NCBI RefSeq assembly: GCF_009914755.1 | Contig: NC_060947.1 | Strand: one strand, 5' to 3' | Source of the DNA: the human T2T-CHM13v2.0 reference genome, Homo sapiens | DNA length: 64,000 nt | In this document: positions 59,841 to 64,000 of the stretch, one piece after another | Layout of the letters: every line of letters begins with the position of its first letter | Position numbering within the stretch: position 1 is the first letter of the stretch | The notes under the pieces: generated by a model | Told to the model about the DNA's origin: nothing | What the model saw: only the letters and a program-made list of their open reading frames with translations | The model's database searches: none | Made by a program: the position numbers and the translations under genes

Positions 59841-60809
59841 CGTGGGGAAAAGAAAGAGAGATCAGATTGTTACTGTGTCTGTGTAGAAAGAAGTAGACAT
59901 AGGAGACTCCATTTTGTTCTGTACTACGAAAAATTCTTCTGCCTTGAGATGCTGTTAATCTGTAACCTTACTCCCAACCCCGTGCTCTCTGAAACATGTG
60001 CTGTGTCAACTCAGGGTTAAATGGATTAAGGGCTGTGCAAGATGTGCTTTGTTAAACAAATGCTTGAAGGCAGCATGCTCGTTAAGAGTCATCACCACTC
60101 CCTAATCTCAAGTACCCAGGGACACAAAACACTGCGGAAGGCCGCAGGGACCTCTGCCTAGGAAAGCCAGGTATTGTCCAAGGTTTCTCCCCATGTGATA
60201 GTCTGAAATACGGCCTCGTGGGAAGGGAAAGACCTGACCGTCCCCCAGCCCGACACCCGTGAAGGGTCTGTGCTGAGGAGGATTAGTAAAAGAGGAAGGA
60301 ACGCCTCTTTGCAGTTGAGACAAGAGGAAGGCATCTGTCTCCTGCCCGTCCCTGCGCAATGGAATATCTCGGTGTAAAACCCGATTGTATATTCCATCTA
60401 CTGAGATAGGGGAAAACTGCCTTGGGGCTGGAGGTGGGACATGCGGGCAGCAATACTGCTCTTTAAGGCATTGAGATGTTTATGTGTATACATATCTAAA
60501 GCACAGCACTTAATTCTTTACCTTGTTTATGATGCAGAGACCTTTGTTCACGTGTTTACCTGCTGACCTTCTCTCCACTATTATCCTATGACCCTGCCAC
60601 ATCCCCCTCTCCGAGAAACACCCAATAATGATGAATAAATACTAAGGGAACTCAGAGGCCGGCGGGATCCTCCGTGTGCTGAACGCCGGTCCCCTGGGCC
60701 CCCTTTTTTCTTTCTCTATACTTTGTCTCTGTGTCTCTTTGTTTTCCAAGTCTCTCGTTCCTCCTAACGAGAAACGCCCACAGGTGTGGAGGGGCAACCC
60801 ACCCCTTCA
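59841..60809 (+). mobile_element. HERV-K(HML-2) solo LTR (LTR5, LTR5B-like)
   Basis: cgtggggaaaagaaagagagatcagattgttactgtgtc ... ggggcaacccaccccttca, 969 bp, internal AATAAA near 60634. Confidence 0.92.
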
Positions 60810-61859
60810 AAAAAAAAAAAAAACCAAACAAACAACAACAACAAAAAACAGATGTTGAGAGCACAACAAGTAGAAATATACAAATCCACAAATACAAAAG
60901 ATTATAAGATAAATATCTTAGGAAATGGAGAGAACAACCAGAAATAAAATATCAGGAACCGTATAAAAAATGTAATGCACCTCAATCTCTGAGCACTTTC
61001 AACTTTAAGTTTATTCATTTTAGTATCCTGATTCTAACACTCTTTCATTCCCACTGCAAATTCCCATTCATTGATTCTATCACATTTACTCAAACCTGTG
61101 ACGTCCTCTCTCCTCTCCTTACAGGGCTGAAATTCCATGTTAATCATTGTAATCACCGGGTTGCTGACCATCTCAATTACTGACCCTTGTCTTTCTTGGT
61201 CATAGACCATTGACAAAAACACAACTCTGGTCAAACATAAGGCACTGCTTTTCTCTGTACCTGCATTAGGTAGATGAATTTGGAGGGGAACTAACACCAG
61301 AATATGCAGACTTGCCACTAATTCACATAGATGAATGCTTTTACTCCTGTCTAAGGTCAAATCTCTAACTTGCACACCAGATCTGAAATCTTACCTTCTC
61401 AAGAGCATCACTCCACCAATTCTTCTTTCTCTGACTCTTTAGTCATCTGTTCTTTCTCCTCTTTGCACCAAACTTTTCTTGTCTGCATGTTGTGTCCCCA
61501 ATTAACTGTTTCTCTTTTTTAAATTTATTTTTGTTTTTCATTTTTTAATTTTTCATTTTTCTATGGAGCCACAAGCATGTAAAATTTAAATATTACACAC
61601 ATTTTGATTTTGTATCCCCAGTTAACTCTTTCTCTGTTTTATTCATTTCTTTTTGTTGTTGTTTTTCATTTATTTTGTTTTCCTTTTTTATTGTTTTTCA
61701 TTTCTTTTCTATGAAGCCCTCACACATGTAAAATTTAAAATATTAACATCAATAAAAATTGTAAACTTTTTCTCCTGTTTGCCTGTCTTTTGTCAGTTTA
61801 ATTCACAGGCCCCAAAACAGAACCTGAGAAGATAAAAGCAAAGTTTGTCCTCCCCAACA

Positions 61860-64000
61860 ATATCAATAGAAGTTGAAGCACATTTGACAAATTATAACAT
61901 TCATTCATGATAAAAAAATTTCAGCAAACCATAAATAAAAAGGAACTTTACCAACTTGATAAAAAGCATCTATAGAAAACCTGCATATAACATCAGGCTT
62001 AGGGAAATGCCAGTTAAAACCCAGGAAATACCACTTTACCACCTAAAATGGTTAAAGTAAAGGGACATTAACACATTTTAGTGAGGATGTGGAGAAATTA
62101 GAATCCTCATACACTGCTGGTGGAGCAGCCATTTTGGAAAACAGTCTGATAGTTCCCCAAACAGTTAAGCAGAGTTACCATATGACCCCAAAATTCCACT
62201 CATATGTATACACCCATGACAAGTAAAACATGTGTACACACAAAAACTTGTATAATAATCATAGTGTCATTAATCACAATAATATAAAAGTGGAAACAAC
62301 CCATAAGTACATCAACTTATGGATGGATTAATGAAATGTGATATATCCATACAATGGAATATTATTCAGCAATAAAAAGAAATGAAATAATGATACATGC
62401 TGCAACATGGATGAAATTTGAAAGCAGTATGCTAAGTAAAAGAAGCCAGACACAAAGGACAACATATGGTATGATTCTACTTGCACAAAAAATCCACAAT
62501 AGGCAAATCTATAAAGAAAAAAGATTTATGGTTACCTAGGGCTGAGTTTACCAAAGAGAACCAGGGAAAGAAACAGTAAAGAAGATTTCTCCTGGGATCA
62601 GAACAAACCTCAAAGACTTTCGCTAAAAACCACATTTCCAAAGGGACTGAAATTTAAATGGATCAGGCTACAGAACAATGTATACTCTAAGGCATTGTGA
62701 AAACAAAGAGCTCTATCAGCAGGCAATTAGTGAGCCTAAAAAGGTGTGATCATAGAAAAAGATAGTCAAAGATAGCCCTACTAAAACCACTGTCATCTCA
62801 GGATGACTGTGCACATGCTGAAGTTCATGTGCACATGCTCAAGTTCAAGAACAACATCAGGGGCTTTCTGCTAGGGGGTGGGGGACAACTTCAATAAAAT
62901 AGTCTAGCCAAGTCACTAAACAAACAAGCAAGCAACACCAACAGTAAGTCCACAGGAGATCAATATTCAGTGTTACTACAATATATTATCTAAAATGTCT
63001 AGTTTTCAACATAGCATAACATAACAAGGAGGGTGATGTCAGTGAAAATGGCAGAGTAACAACCACCAAAATTTCTCTCCTCCAAAATATCAACAAGGAT
63101 AATGGCAATAATAGTTAGAATCAACATTTTCAGAACTATAGACATAACCCAAAGGCTTATAGCTAGCCAGAAAATATTTATTCAAGAAAACATGGCTGAA
63201 TCAATAAAAATAGCAAGCTTTATGGCATTTTAACTTGCCCTAGTTCCATTCTCCACTCTCTAGCTCTGGCGCAACTTAAGAAACTAATGGGTCGTGTTGA
63301 AAGTGAAGCCTGACAGCTGACAGAGTTGCAGAACAGAGCTGGAGCTCTTACAAAGCTTAATTCCCAAAGAATTGTCATTATTTGACCCATCTGTTGGCTC
63401 TCTGGAAGATCTCACTCGCAAGACTCCTTGTTTTTGAACTGACTTGAGGTTCACTTAGTACAAAAAGCTTTTTCTCTAGTGACATTTGTAAGGGATGTTT
63501 TATAATGATAAAAGTGTCAATCCATCAGGAAGATAAATTATAAAAGCAATTTTATTTCTATTCACTAACAATGTATCATTGGAACATGAAATTAAGAAAA
63601 CAATTCCATTTATAATAGCATCACAAAGAAGAATATACTTAGGAATAAGTTTAACAGAAATGCAAGAACAAAGTTGAAATAATTACACTACCTGATTTCA
63701 AGCTGCAGCAATCAAGATAGTGTAGTATTGCTTTAAGACTAGACAAAATTGTTCAATAAGGAAAAGAAAGTCTTTTCAACAAACGCTGCTGAGATAACTA
63801 GATTTTTAAAAATATACATTTAAACAATGAAATGAACACTGTCTCCTATCTCATGCCATAAACAAGCATTATTTTGAAATAGGTAACAGACCAGAATACT
63901 AAGCAAAAACTATAAGACTTCTAGAATAATACATGGGATAAGGTTTTGGTAACTTTGGGACAGGCACAGTTTTATTACATAGGACCAAAAGACATGAACC
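61860..64000 (+). mobile_element. Old L1M fragments
   Basis: ORF2 and 3'UTR-like pieces (MEYYSAIKRNEIMIHAATWMKFES). Confidence 0.7.

Overview
Human (primate) genomic DNA, most likely Xq26.3; not prokaryotic. Bases ~1-17.5 kb hold the four coding exons of ZNF449 (ZSCAN19). These splice cleanly to 354+205+114+884 = 1557 nt, i.e. 518 aa: a SCAN domain, a KRAB-B-like remnant and 7 C2H2 fingers. The rest is repeat-rich intergenic DNA (Alu, L1, Tigger1, MST/MLT, HERV-L, MER4-group LTRs, an HML-2 LTR5). The most interesting things are not in the repeat catalogue. (1) A back-to-back pair of ETD (embryonic testis differentiation) micro-protein homologues shares the same upstream (TG)n, splice acceptor, 5'UTR and poly(A) signal. 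The + copy at 51189-51368 is killed by a stop at codon 4. The very divergent - copy at 45595-45894 keeps an open frame and has lost its stop (TAA>CAA). A HERV-L/MLT2A element with a DUX4-type site and a splice donor lies between them. (2) A ~6 kb ancient degenerate tandem array with a 50-bp unit (26.3-32.3 kb). (3) An exact 32-bp copy of one Alu's unique 5' flank attached, inverted, to a different Alu 32 kb away. Repeat subfamily names come from recall of consensus sequences, and repeat boundaries are approximate unless TSDs are given.
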